From positions 64,001 to 128,000 of IMG/VR virus record IMGVR_UViG_3300023184_000037: a stretch of 64,000 nucleotides of DNA, one strand, 5' to 3'. The position numbers and the translations under genes are program-made. Below the pieces are notes generated by a model. The model saw only the letters and a program-made list of their open reading frames with translations, was not told the DNA's origin and did no database searches. Of this stretch, positions 1 through 9,732 are shown one piece after another. How positions within the stretch are numbered: the first letter of the stretch is position 1; each line of letters opens with the position of its first letter. Origin of the DNA: a virus.

Positions 1-705
1 TTTAACACTGGTTATTATGATTATCAATTAGTCTATACTGCACAACCCGGGTGGAAATTTACCCCTACTCAATTTTCAGGATTATTTGCAGGTACAACTT
101 ATGATGGTGGTTTTGCATGGTCTCCTCCTGCAGGATCAGGATGGATAATTGTTAAGGGTCCATGGACTGATTATAGTTTATCAAATAATGACACTACATT
201 GACTGTTAATCTTAGACTGGATCAGGTTCCACTAACAGGGTATTTAACAACTATTGGATATGAGATACAAATAACTGTAACTCCTACTGCCCCTAGAATA
301 AGTCAACGATCTCAGCCTTTTAATGAAATTACACAGGCAAATGGAACACAAGTGGTTACTAACAATCTTACAATTGAAAATGGAACGGGAGCAACTGTTT
401 ATTTATGGCTTGGAGTATATCAAGGTTCGGGAACTATTAATTCAGCAGTATATACAGATGTTAGTTTTAGTTATGTAGATTGGTTAGGATTTACTCAAAC
501 TCAAACATTATCTATTTGGCCAGCAAATGGTACACCAGTAAATACTCAGTATTATAGTACTAGTTCATATCCATTAACAGGAGGTTCAGTTACTTCTGTT
601 TTTAAAAGATACGGGACTACTGATAGTTCACATTCTGTAAAACTATTTTGGTCTACTTCCCCTTCTTCAACATCACCAAAAACACAACTTATATATACAC
701 CATGA
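1..705 (+). CDS. 3' part of a Thr/Ser/Gly-rich virion protein (tail fibre/appendage-like); starts before the window
   Basis: Frame of ORF 199..705 is open back to position 1; beta-rich T/S/G/Y composition; stop overlaps next ATG (ATGA). Confidence 0.5.
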   Translation, partial: FNTGYYDYQLVYTAQPGWKFTPTQFSGLFAGTTYDGGFAWSPPAGSGWIIVKGPWTDYSLSNNDTTLTVNLRLDQVPLTGYLTTIGYEIQITVTPTAPRISQRSQPFNEITQANGTQVVTNNLTIENGTGATVYLWLGVYQGSGTINSAVYTDVSFSYVDWLGFTQTQTLSIWPANGTPVNTQYYSTSSYPLTGGSVTSVFKRYGTTDSSHSVKLFWSTSPSSTSPKTQLIYTP

Positions 706-1517
706 TAGATTTTAAAAAATACATACCAACAAACCGAAACATTATCCTATTTGGAGCAATAGTTGTACTAGTTTTATTACTAATGCAGCAATGCGATAGA
801 AATGCAACCCTTAAAAAGGATGCTGAAACTGCGCAAATGATTGCAAACCGAAATTACAATAATCTTAAAGCATCTCAAGATACAATTAAATTTGAAAGAA
901 ACCGTAATGGTGATTTGGTTGCTATTAAATTGGCTTATGAATATGACATAAATACACTGACTGCCAAAAATAAAGAGATTATTGCCGATTATCAAAAAGC
1001 ACTGGGTCTTAATAAAGACTTAAAGGGTGTAAATTCACTCTTAAGAGCCGAAATCAAAGTCAAAGATTCGATTATTAATGCCCGAAGTTCAGTTGCAACT
1101 ACAAGTGATTCAACTGCTACTGTTGCGATTAGTGATGAAAAAAAATGGGATAAATATAATTGGAGAAACTTTAATGGAACCGTTGACCTTTTAAGAAATA
1201 AAAAGACCAATACCATTAGTGTTGTTTCAAATAAATTTAACTTTGAGCAAGGAATTGAACTTAAGGCTGCGATTATAAATGAAGAGGGTATTAATAAGTT
1301 AAAAATTACATCACCTTCACCTGGAGTAATATTTACCAATATTGAAAATATTAATCTGGTAAATGACAAACTGAACCAAAAACAGGAACAAAAATCAGGA
1401 TGGTCTCTTGGAGTTGGAGTTGGTTATGGAATTAACCTCAACAATAATCAAGTAATTAGTACTGGACCATCATTAAATATTGGACTTATATGGTCTCCAA
1501 AGTGGCTTAGGTTTTAA
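702..1517 (+). CDS. Membrane-anchored coiled-coil protein with C-terminal beta-hairpin; spanin-like candidate
   Basis: Likely start ATG 702; N-terminal hydrophobic helix IILFGAIVVLVLLLM, coiled coil, C-terminal GWSLGVGVGYG...LNIGLIWSPKWLRF. Confidence 0.45.
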   Translation: MIDFKKYIPTNRNIILFGAIVVLVLLLMQQCDRNATLKKDAETAQMIANRNYNNLKASQDTIKFERNRNGDLVAIKLAYEYDINTLTAKNKEIIADYQKALGLNKDLKGVNSLLRAEIKVKDSIINARSSVATTSDSTATVAISDEKKWDKYNWRNFNGTVDLLRNKKTNTISVVSNKFNFEQGIELKAAIINEEGINKLKITSPSPGVIFTNIENINLVNDKLNQKQEQKSGWSLGVGVGYGINLNNNQVISTGPSLNIGLIWSPKWLRF

Positions 1518-1531
1518 AAAATTATAGAGTA

Positions 1532-3595
1532 ATGGCAAAATCATCAAGATTCGTTAAATTAGACGACGACGTATTATTAGAATTCATGTATCATGACCAA
1601 TCACAGCCTGATTTGGTTAAAATTGAGAATGACAATAATGGAAGCCAAATCAAGTATCTTAATACGATTGCTGGAAATAATAGCGCTTCAAGGTTACTAA
1701 TACACGAACTTGGATCCGACGTTGTAGAATTTACTGTGACAACTGCAAATGGATTTATTGTTATTAATAGTTTTGCATCCCGTGCCTTATTATTAAAAAA
1801 TGGAAGTACTTACAAATTTGACTTAAGTGATATTAATACAATAAATAACCCTGCAGGATTTAATATTCCTGGAGGAAATGGTTACCTATCAGGAACTACT
1901 TACATTTATACACCAACAACTAATGGTAAATATGAGTACAATTATACAAATTTAGCAGGTACAGAATTTAATAAAGGAGAAATCCAAGTAACTGACCGTG
2001 CAAGTTCCCTATTTTCAGTTCCGTTCGCAGATACTGGAAATGATATTAGAACCGCAGCAGGACAGTCTGGAAGATATTATGCAGTTCCTACTGCTGAACC
2101 AAGTACATGGGCTCTTCTTGAAAATAATTTAGGTTACTTAGATTCAACTGAATGGTTAGGAACAGATTCTGCTGGATTACAACCCGTTGCTATTGGAGAT
2201 GTTGCAGCAGTATGGTATGACACTATTAGATTACACCTAAGAACCGGCTACTCATTTAATGGTAGAGGATATGATGGATTCTTATTCCAAACCAAGGTTA
2301 AAAGAAACTCCGGAGTCTATAATTATTTTAATTCAACGGTTTATTTAAACCAATCAAATTTTGAAATTCAAAACCCAAATCCATTTATATTAGGGGAATC
2401 TTCGTATTCTAAATATATTGAAATCAAAGTACCTTCATTGGTTGATATGTATTCGCCTGCAACAAATGAAGAATTTAAAGATACATTCTTTGCCCCTTCG
2501 GGAACTAATTCAATTCCAGCGACTGCAAATTATGAGTTTGATTTTAGATTAATCGACAGTGTAGTTACTCTTGCAGGTTATGACTACATTAAATTAGTAG
2601 AAGGAAAATCTCTAACTCTTGCACAAGAAGATGAATATGCAAATATTGCAGTTAATGTCGAACATGCAACAGATGGAGACTACTTTAAAATCTACGGAAC
2701 ATATAACTCGGATCAAGCAACATTTGAAAATTATATAACTGGAAGGATTGCAACTTCAGGAGATGACATTACAATATTCTATGAGGTTCAAGTTGCAGAG
2801 CAACTGGGTCTTAATTATATTAATACTTTTAATAATACTTTTACCCAAACCTCAAATTACGATGAGGCAATTGTGTTCAGACCTGTTATTTTAAACTCTT
2901 CAGTATCAAGCAACTTTGTAATAACTGTTAATATGAGAATCTATAATGAAACGGATAATACTCAAATTGTAAAAACCGCTTCTCTAATATATACACAACC
3001 TAAAAAGTACGGTAAAAAATTACTAAAACTGGCTCTTAATTCAAATTTTGCTCCAAGTATAGTATACAATACATTACCAAATACAGCAGTTAATAGAGAA
3101 CTTAATCAATTTGTAAATTCTATCCGACCTAGTGTTGGAGAGACCAAATATGTTCCTGTAGCCCTTGATACTTACAGAATTATGGGAGGAAGTACCTCAG
3201 TAACTGTTGATGGAGCCGCAGTAAATGATACAACTTCAATGGATTACAAAAAAGAGGGAGATGGAGTTATAACACTTTCAAAAGTTTCTGATAATTACAT
3301 TAAGTTTAAAGTTGCCCAACCTGATGGAGATTCGATGAAAAGTATTAGTCTTGTAAATGCTGAAGACCTAATACTTATAATTAAAAGTGGAGCAATTGAA
3401 CAACAAATATCTCACGACCCTAGTTTTCCAGGAGTGGACTTGGGAATCGGAGAAGTTTTCTTTAAAGTACCAAAAAGCGTAGCAGTCCGATTTGACCAAA
3501 GTGATACGAATCAAACATCAGACAAATTTTATATTAACATCAAAAACGGAAGTACTGAATCACTATTGTACTACGGAACAGTAAACATCATATAA
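1532..3595 (+). CDS. Hypothetical structural protein (687 aa, tail/baseplate region)
   Basis: Long beta-rich ORF between structural genes; no motif recognised. Confidence 0.45.
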   Translation: MAKSSRFVKLDDDVLLEFMYHDQSQPDLVKIENDNNGSQIKYLNTIAGNNSASRLLIHELGSDVVEFTVTTANGFIVINSFASRALLLKNGSTYKFDLSDINTINNPAGFNIPGGNGYLSGTTYIYTPTTNGKYEYNYTNLAGTEFNKGEIQVTDRASSLFSVPFADTGNDIRTAAGQSGRYYAVPTAEPSTWALLENNLGYLDSTEWLGTDSAGLQPVAIGDVAAVWYDTIRLHLRTGYSFNGRGYDGFLFQTKVKRNSGVYNYFNSTVYLNQSNFEIQNPNPFILGESSYSKYIEIKVPSLVDMYSPATNEEFKDTFFAPSGTNSIPATANYEFDFRLIDSVVTLAGYDYIKLVEGKSLTLAQEDEYANIAVNVEHATDGDYFKIYGTYNSDQATFENYITGRIATSGDDITIFYEVQVAEQLGLNYINTFNNTFTQTSNYDEAIVFRPVILNSSVSSNFVITVNMRIYNETDNTQIVKTASLIYTQPKKYGKKLLKLALNSNFAPSIVYNTLPNTAVNRELNQFVNSIRPSVGETKYVPVALDTYRIMGGSTSVTVDGAAVNDTTSMDYKKEGDGVITLSKVSDNYIKFKVAQPDGDSMKSISLVNAEDLILIIKSGAIEQQISHDPSFPGVDLGIGEVFFKVPKSVAVRFDQSDTNQTSDKFYINIKNGSTESLLYYGTVNII

Positions 3596-4149
3596 TGATA
3601 TTAAATAGTAGAAATAATTTATTCAATTTTAAGTTTCCTAGGACTTTTATTCCTAAGGAGGTAGCTGACAAATATCGAAAGTATTTGAATAGACTTCCAG
3701 GTAATTTGATTACTGAACCTATTGATTTTATAAATTACTCAATTCAAGGTGTTGGCCTTCCAGGAATTAGTTTTGACCCAATCGAAACCTCACCAAATGA
3801 TGGTACAATTACATATCATAGAGGTTCGATTCCGATACAAAATACGATCGACAGACAGTTCAAAGTAACAATGCAACTCTTAGATGGTTATATAAATTAT
3901 TGGATTATGCAGGACACCCTACTATATTACTATTCGAAGGGAGTCAAAGATCCGTTTATCAACGATATTAAACTTCAGATAATGGACGCAGAAGGAATTC
4001 ACCTTATGAGCGCTGTTTTTGAAAAACCAATACTTAATTCAATTTCAGACCTGGAGTTAAATATGAGTTCAAATATTGCAGAATTTACAACGTTTGAACT
4101 AAACTTTTATTATAATAAATTCGACATAACATTAGAAATAGATAATTAA
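3595..4149 (+). CDS. Tail tube-fold protein (T4 gp3/gp19/gp54-like)
   Basis: Pattern GLPGISF...FKVTMQLLDGYINYWIM...ISDLELN...FELNFYYNKF resembles tail tube/completion proteins. Confidence 0.55.
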   Translation: MILNSRNNLFNFKFPRTFIPKEVADKYRKYLNRLPGNLITEPIDFINYSIQGVGLPGISFDPIETSPNDGTITYHRGSIPIQNTIDRQFKVTMQLLDGYINYWIMQDTLLYYYSKGVKDPFINDIKLQIMDAEGIHLMSAVFEKPILNSISDLELNMSSNIAEFTTFELNFYYNKFDITLEIDN

Positions 4150-4150
4150 T

Positions 4151-4519
4151 ATGAAAACATTTTTAGATTACATAGCAGAACAGAACATAACTGAAAATGA
4201 GTTACAAGTACTAAACGAATCCCTTCAAACCGAATGGACCGAAGAACTTGAGGCTAAAGTTGACGCTGCTCTAGAACAATTTTCAAACACTTATAAGAAC
4301 GCTGACGGAACCTATAATATCCAAGCGTTCAATGAAGAGATTACTAATGAAGGAGTTTTAGGTAGTATCTTTGGAGGACTTGCAGGTTTTGCTCTTGGTA
4401 AAACTGTTGGAAAAACTATTGCCAATATCTTGGGAATCCAAAGTGGTATAATGTATGACATGTTAACCTCAAGACTAGTAGGAGCCGCTCTTGGTTCTTC
4501 TCTTGGTAGTAAATTATAA
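4151..4519 (+). CDS. Small protein with capsid-targeting-like N-terminus and Gly-rich hydrophobic C-terminus
   Basis: MKTFLDYIAE resembles T4 internal protein CTS MKTYQEFIAE; GSIFGGLAGFALG and LVGAALG segments. Confidence 0.5.
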   Translation: MKTFLDYIAEQNITENELQVLNESLQTEWTEELEAKVDAALEQFSNTYKNADGTYNIQAFNEEITNEGVLGSIFGGLAGFALGKTVGKTIANILGIQSGIMYDMLTSRLVGAALGSSLGSKL

Positions 4520-4521
4520 AT

Positions 4522-5178
4522 ATGAATTTTGTAACAATTGACTTTTCCTTAAATTCCCCAGGTATTTGTATCTTCTCAGGTAATAAATATCATTTTATTG
4601 GGTATTTAAAACCAAACACAGGCACCAAAGCCGAACAAAAGATTCAGGAGGAACTACACTTACTTGAAGATTGTCAGATTCACGATCAGCCGGATTGGAC
4701 GAATAACGAGGCCTATTCGAAGAGTGAGATGATTAAAATCCAGCGTCACACCCAAACTGCAAATGACATCATTGATATGATTATTGAAATTACAGGAGAA
4801 GACCCTGAAGTTGTGGTTGCATTTGAGGGCTCCTCTTATGGTTCTTCGGGTGGAACTAATAATATTATCGATATGGCGGCTGGAGCTGCAATCTTAAAAA
4901 TGGAAATGATGTCGAGGCTTAAAGTCAAAGATATGTTAACAGTCGCACCTTCGACAATTAAGAAGCATGCTGGAAAGGGTAACATGAAGAAGGATGAACT
5001 TTGGGTTAAATTCCTGGATAACGTTTTAAACGATTCAGTGCTTGAAAACTCGTCACTGCTTAGATACTGTAAAACCCAAATCGGAGAGGTTAAAAAAGTC
5101 CCAAAACCCTTAGATGATTTGGTGGATGCCTACTTTCTGAATCATCTAGCCCGAACTCTATTTTACCCGGAGGCTTAA
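4522..5178 (+). CDS. RuvC-like Holliday junction resolvase
   Basis: RNase H-fold acidic motifs IDFSLNSPG, AFEG, VAPSTIKK, DDLVDAY. Confidence 0.7.
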   Translation: MNFVTIDFSLNSPGICIFSGNKYHFIGYLKPNTGTKAEQKIQEELHLLEDCQIHDQPDWTNNEAYSKSEMIKIQRHTQTANDIIDMIIEITGEDPEVVVAFEGSSYGSSGGTNNIIDMAAGAAILKMEMMSRLKVKDMLTVAPSTIKKHAGKGNMKKDELWVKFLDNVLNDSVLENSSLLRYCKTQIGEVKKVPKPLDDLVDAYFLNHLARTLFYPEA

Positions 5179-5185
5179 AGACATA

Positions 5186-5336
5186 AGTTATATTCAACAT
5201 ACAAGTTTTTGTTTCAAGAATCTTAAAAAATATTTTAAGAGGGTAAATTTGTGCCTCTAGGGTAAGATTCCCCTAATAAAAAAGATATATAATTAATATA
5301 GATTCTTGAAACAAAAAAGAAAGTTTCTATATAACT
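5186..5336. repeat. Inverted repeat formed by two back-to-back GAAAC-N17/18-TATAA promoters
   Basis: Perfect 18-bp arms tttttgtttcaagaatct (5206-5223) and agattcttgaaacaaaaa (5300-5317); outer arms agttata (5186-5192) and tataact (5330-5336). Confidence 0.85.
5308..5334 (+). promoter_or_regulatory. Putative middle promoter GAAAC-N17-TATAA (gp32)
   Basis: Same motif at 23303, 23592, 27455, 39389, 43009, 58913 (N17) and 49592 (N18). Confidence 0.75.
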
Positions 5337-5407
5337 ATCATAAGTAATTAAAGGGCCCTTAAGACTTATTAAATTAAAGTTTAAACAAAATTAAAGCAAT
5401 TAAAGAC

Positions 5408-6331
5408 ATGGCAGAATTTGACATTTTTAATCTTGGCGTAAATGACGTCGACACACACGAAACCCAAGCTTCATCTGGAAGCGATCTTTACAAACCTACC
5501 GCAGATGACGGTAAGGATGGAACTTATAAAGCAATGATTCGCTTTGTTCCGAACCCAACAAACCCACGAAACTCTTTAGTGAAAAAATACGTACATTGGC
5601 TAACAAATGCTAATGGTGACGGTAAAATGGTAGACTCTCCATCGACTGTTGGAGCACCATGTCCTATTGCAGACGTATTCTTTAAGTTACGTAAAAGTGA
5701 CTCAGCAGTTGACCGTAAAATGAGTGATAAACTTAAAAGACGTGAGCAATACTTTGCACTTATTAAAATCATTAAAGACCCACAAAATCCTGAACTAGAA
5801 GGACAATACAAAGTTTTTAAATTTGGTTACAAAATCAAAGAAAAAATCGACGAGGAATTAAAACCAGCTTTTGGTGAACCAACTCAGGTATTTGACCTAT
5901 TTGCAGGTAAAAACTTCGAATTGATTATTACTCGTCAAGGAGATTTTAACAACTACGATAAATCAAAGTTCTCTTCAAAAACATCACCAATTGAGATTGA
6001 TGGTAAAGCAGCGACTCGTACTCCTGAATCGATGGGTGCTATTAAAACCGAGTTGGAAACAGCTCCAAGTTTAGAGCCATACGAATACAAAGCATGGGAC
6101 GGAGAAACTCTTGATTTTGTTAATTCTATTCTTAGAAATTACTTAAATCCTGGAAGTTCAATAGATTCAGTTGTTAACAAACCTGCGGCTAAAAAAGCAC
6201 CAGCGAAATCTGAACCGGTTGCAGAAGCTAATGATTTTGAGTTCCCATCAGATATGGTAGGAAATCCAGACTCTACGAATGTAGACTCTTCAGATGACTT
6301 AGATTCATTCTTGAATGACTTAGATATTTAA
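5408..6331 (+). CDS. gp32: Single-stranded DNA-binding protein (T4 gp32-like)
   Basis: AMIRFVP, CPIAD, IIKDPQNPELEG, FKFGYKIKEKI, NYDKSKF; acidic tail DDLDSFLNDL. Confidence 0.9.
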   Translation: MAEFDIFNLGVNDVDTHETQASSGSDLYKPTADDGKDGTYKAMIRFVPNPTNPRNSLVKKYVHWLTNANGDGKMVDSPSTVGAPCPIADVFFKLRKSDSAVDRKMSDKLKRREQYFALIKIIKDPQNPELEGQYKVFKFGYKIKEKIDEELKPAFGEPTQVFDLFAGKNFELIITRQGDFNNYDKSKFSSKTSPIEIDGKAATRTPESMGAIKTELETAPSLEPYEYKAWDGETLDFVNSILRNYLNPGSSIDSVVNKPAAKKAPAKSEPVAEANDFEFPSDMVGNPDSTNVDSSDDLDSFLNDLDI

Positions 6332-6352
6332 TCTAAGTTACTTTTATAAACT

Positions 6353-6382
6353 AAAGGGCTAATTAAACTTAGCCCTTTTTTT
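6353..6382 (+). terminator. Intrinsic terminator overlapping a TAAAC-N17-TATAA promoter variant for primase
   Basis: aaagggctaa-ttaaac-ttagcccttt followed by T run; TAAAC 6364, TATAA 6386. Confidence 0.75.
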
Positions 6383-6394
6383 CTATATAATAGT

Positions 6395-7519
6395 ATGCAA
6401 AGTCAAAAAATCACAGAAGATTTAAAGATAAAAATCAGGAGCTTGGTAAAACAAGCAATTGTAAAGGCTCATAATGAGCCAAGCAAGCATATGATTAAAG
6501 AGATGCCGGGTAGAATTACGATGGCATGTCCCTATTGTGGTGACTCGACGACTGACCATAAAAAGAAGCGTGGAAATCTCTACTGGGACACCTTACAATT
6601 CCACTGTTTTAACTGTGGAGTTCACTCAAATGCATACCAATTATTAAAAGACCATCACGTAAAATTCCAAAGCACAGATGATTCCATCCAAGTTATTGAT
6701 TACATTCAAGAACATAAAATGGAAACAAATGAAATTGAAGTCCTTGAACATGACGTTTTCAAATTGACTTATGATATGGCACCAACCCGAAAAGAATTAA
6801 TGGAATGGTTTAAATTTAAAGAAGTCGAACCTGGAGACCCAGCATTTTTCTATCTTAAGAATAGATTATTGGCCAGTCAAATGCACCGATTCATGTACTC
6901 TCCTAAGGATAAAAGAATTGTAGTACTCAATGTAGCTCCAAATGACAAAGTTATCGGTTTTCAAACTCGCTCAATCGACAAGCGTTCTAATTCTCGTTAT
7001 TTAACTTATGACCTTGAGAAGATGTATCAAGAGATTCAACGGGAGATTGTGCTTACTGATGAAGAGTTGATTGGCGTTAAAAAACTTTCAACACTATTTG
7101 GAGTAATGATCGTAGACTTTGAACGCGATGTTACAATGTTTGAAGGACCTATTGACGCAATGTTCATGCAAAATTCGATTGGCTTGGCAACTGCAGGTCG
7201 TTCAACTCTTGAATTTGATGAGATACCTACAATTAGATATATGTTTGATAACGATACTACCGGTAAAAAGAAGATGATGGAAAAGATCCGAAGAGGCAAG
7301 CAAATATTTACATGGGAGAAATTCTTTAAAGACACTAAAATTGACAAGGACTGGGAAGATTACCTACAAAAATTGGACAAAGATGAAAGAGATAAATATC
7401 CTAAACATATAGGTGATTTAAACGATTTGGTGATCGCATCGTGGCTAACAAAAAATAAATGTTTAGCACAGATTCAAAAGTATTTTACTAACTCCAGACT
7501 AGATGCATATTACCTATGA
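6395..7519 (+). CDS. gp61: DNA primase (T4 gp61-like)
   Basis: Zn ribbon CPYCGDS...FHCFNCG; TOPRIM EGPIDAMF, FDND, DLNDL. Confidence 0.9.
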   Translation: MQSQKITEDLKIKIRSLVKQAIVKAHNEPSKHMIKEMPGRITMACPYCGDSTTDHKKKRGNLYWDTLQFHCFNCGVHSNAYQLLKDHHVKFQSTDDSIQVIDYIQEHKMETNEIEVLEHDVFKLTYDMAPTRKELMEWFKFKEVEPGDPAFFYLKNRLLASQMHRFMYSPKDKRIVVLNVAPNDKVIGFQTRSIDKRSNSRYLTYDLEKMYQEIQREIVLTDEELIGVKKLSTLFGVMIVDFERDVTMFEGPIDAMFMQNSIGLATAGRSTLEFDEIPTIRYMFDNDTTGKKKMMEKIRRGKQIFTWEKFFKDTKIDKDWEDYLQKLDKDERDKYPKHIGDLNDLVIASWLTKNKCLAQIQKYFTNSRLDAYYL

Positions 7520-7734
7520 TAAAAAAAGATTTTTTACAAATGGTTGCTCAGGAATTCGAAGATTTTGAAAATGAGAAAAACAAAAGAAAGAATATTAAGA
7601 TGATGCTTGATTTTAGCACATCAGCATATTCTCACAACACAAAAGAATTTAAAATGACTAAGCCAAGATTAAAGGCAAAGTTAAAAAGTTCAGTATTCAT
7701 TAAGGACAATAATAAAGGAAATTCACTTTTTTAA
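7516..7734 (+). CDS. Hypothetical protein
   Basis: ORF coupled to primase (ATGA overlap). Confidence 0.55.
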   Translation: MIKKDFLQMVAQEFEDFENEKNKRKNIKMMLDFSTSAYSHNTKEFKMTKPRLKAKLKSSVFIKDNNKGNSLF

Positions 7735-7745
7735 AAGCATAATAT

Positions 7746-8174
7746 ATGACAGACGTCAAAGACAAGATAACTCAGCTCGACGAATATTTAATTAAGCAGA
7801 GAGAAGATTGGACCCAAAAAATAAAAGGTCTAACTGAGGAACTTAAGTTAGGTAACAATCTTGAGAGTGTAAGCGCATTCACTCTTAGTTATCGACAAAT
7901 ATTGGTTGAACACTTAGCAACCATGGGTAATAGAATCAAAACCCAAAAATCAGTAGTAGATAAAAAATATAAAGATAAATGGATTGAGTATTATAGTTAC
8001 GACTATAAACTCACCGATAAAATGCGTGAAAAATTCGTCGAAGCAGACATTGCCGACGACACGAATATCCTTGAGTTGCTGATAACTCAGAAAAACTTTT
8101 TTGAGGGTTCAATTAAGACACTCGATAATATGGGCTTTGCAATTAAGAATCGCCTCGATATTAGTCGTTTATAA
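7746..8174 (+). CDS. uvsY: Recombination mediator UvsY-like
   Basis: 142-aa helical protein ending IKTLDNMGFAIKN; next to uvsW. Confidence 0.7.
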   Translation: MTDVKDKITQLDEYLIKQREDWTQKIKGLTEELKLGNNLESVSAFTLSYRQILVEHLATMGNRIKTQKSVVDKKYKDKWIEYYSYDYKLTDKMREKFVEADIADDTNILELLITQKNFFEGSIKTLDNMGFAIKNRLDISRL

Positions 8175-8190
8175 AAAGATCGCATGAGAT

Positions 8191-9699
8191 TTGATTTTAA
8201 CATTAACGGATGATAATCAATTTTTAAGAATTGATGAAGCAACCGAAATTGAGTTAGAGCAGATTAGAATCTCTCTGACCAAAAGAATAGAAAGCTGGAG
8301 GTTTCACCCTCTAGTTAAACGCGGAGTTTGGGATGGATACGTATCATATATTAAAGATGATAAATGGATTCCTGCCGGACTTTGGCGTCATGTTATGACA
8401 ATATGTAAAGAATACCGATACGAACTTAAAATCGAGGGTATTAAGAGGCTTATTGACTCCAATATTAATGCAGAACAGTTTGAGGTTTGGGCTACTGACT
8501 TCTTTAAGGGCTCACAGTTTACACCTCGTGACTATCAAATAGAAACTGCATATAACATTTTAAAATTTAGAAAGTGTCTAGCAGAGCTTGCAACTTCAGC
8601 AGGTAAGACACTGATTAGCTTCTTGACCGTCGCCTACATGCTTGAAAAGGGGCATGCTCAACGGATTCTTTTCATTGTACCAAATGTTTCATTGGTTGTT
8701 CAGGCCCATGAAGATTTCCATGAATATAATTATAAAAATAGAATTGACCTAAGAATCCAACAAATATTTGCAGGACAAGAGGTTAAAAAGAACAAAAATA
8801 TAATTATTGGGACCTATCAATCATTAATTAAGAAGGACGCTGCCTATTTTGCAGAGTTCGACGCTGTTATTGTAGATGAAACGCACAAAGCAAAAGGTGC
8901 CAGTATTAAGGAGATTCTTAGCAAGTGTGTTAATGCAAAATATAGGTTTGGACTTTCGGGTACAATACCAAAAGATGGTACACTTGACAAATTAACCCTA
9001 ATGAGCCAGACTGGCCCAGTTATTAGTGAAGTTAAGGCAAGTTTCTTACAAGAGCAGGGGCATATTGCACAATGTGTTGTTAAGGTTATTGAAATGAACT
9101 ATGCAACTCCAAAACAGCGAACAGCTTTCATGGAATTGGCCCAAAACAGATATGAAAATAAAGATGTGTTCTCATTAGAACAAAACTTTGTAATCACTAG
9201 CGATGCGCGACTTAATTTTATTTCAAATGTAATTGCAAGAGTTCCCAGGAACTCATTGGTGCTTTTCCATCGAATAGAACATGGACAAAGACTATATGAA
9301 AAGTTGAGACAAGAGAGCAACAAAAGGGTATTTTATGTCGATGGTGGAACTGCTTCAGAGATCCGAGAGGAATATAAAAAGAAGATGGAGGCTGGAGAGG
9401 AAATTGTAATTGTTGCAAGTTTCGGAACCTTCTCTACAGGTATATCAATCAAGAAAATTCACAACATATTTTTTACCGAATCTTTTAAATCAGAGGTAAT
9501 TATTAGACAATCAATTGGACGTGGACTTCGACAACACGCATCAAAAGACAAAGTATTGATTGTTGATTTTGTAGATGATATTAGAACACTCGAATGGGAT
9601 AACTATTTATACAAGCATGGAAAGGTACGCCAATCTATTTATAAACAAGAGAAATTTGAATACACTGTAAAGAAAGTGGATTTTGATGGGGATATATAA
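8191..9699 (+). CDS. uvsW: SF2 DNA helicase UvsW
   Basis: PRDYQ, ATSAGKT, VDETH, GLSGT, QSIGRGLR. Confidence 0.92.
   Translation: MILTLTDDNQFLRIDEATEIELEQIRISLTKRIESWRFHPLVKRGVWDGYVSYIKDDKWIPAGLWRHVMTICKEYRYELKIEGIKRLIDSNINAEQFEVWATDFFKGSQFTPRDYQIETAYNILKFRKCLAELATSAGKTLISFLTVAYMLEKGHAQRILFIVPNVSLVVQAHEDFHEYNYKNRIDLRIQQIFAGQEVKKNKNIIIGTYQSLIKKDAAYFAEFDAVIVDETHKAKGASIKEILSKCVNAKYRFGLSGTIPKDGTLDKLTLMSQTGPVISEVKASFLQEQGHIAQCVVKVIEMNYATPKQRTAFMELAQNRYENKDVFSLEQNFVITSDARLNFISNVIARVPRNSLVLFHRIEHGQRLYEKLRQESNKRVFYVDGGTASEIREEYKKKMEAGEEIVIVASFGTFSTGISIKKIHNIFFTESFKSEVIIRQSIGRGLRQHASKDKVLIVDFVDDIRTLEWDNYLYKHGKVRQSIYKQEKFEYTVKKVDFDGDI
9691..9699 (+). promoter_or_regulatory. Putative late promoter GATATATAA
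   Basis: Recurs upstream of genes at 5284, 17301, 22718, 25081, 31595, 36669, 38836, 48443, 53125, 55397, 57086; variants at 47600, 51113, 62456. Confidence 0.75.
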
Positions 9700-9732
9700 A
9701 CATAATAACGTAATAAAAAAACATATTAAAAA

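Noticed and set aside
4522-5178. RuvC fold as a Cas12/TnpB effector
   Set aside because: Only 218 aa, no zinc finger or recognition lobe, no array; fits a stand-alone resolvase
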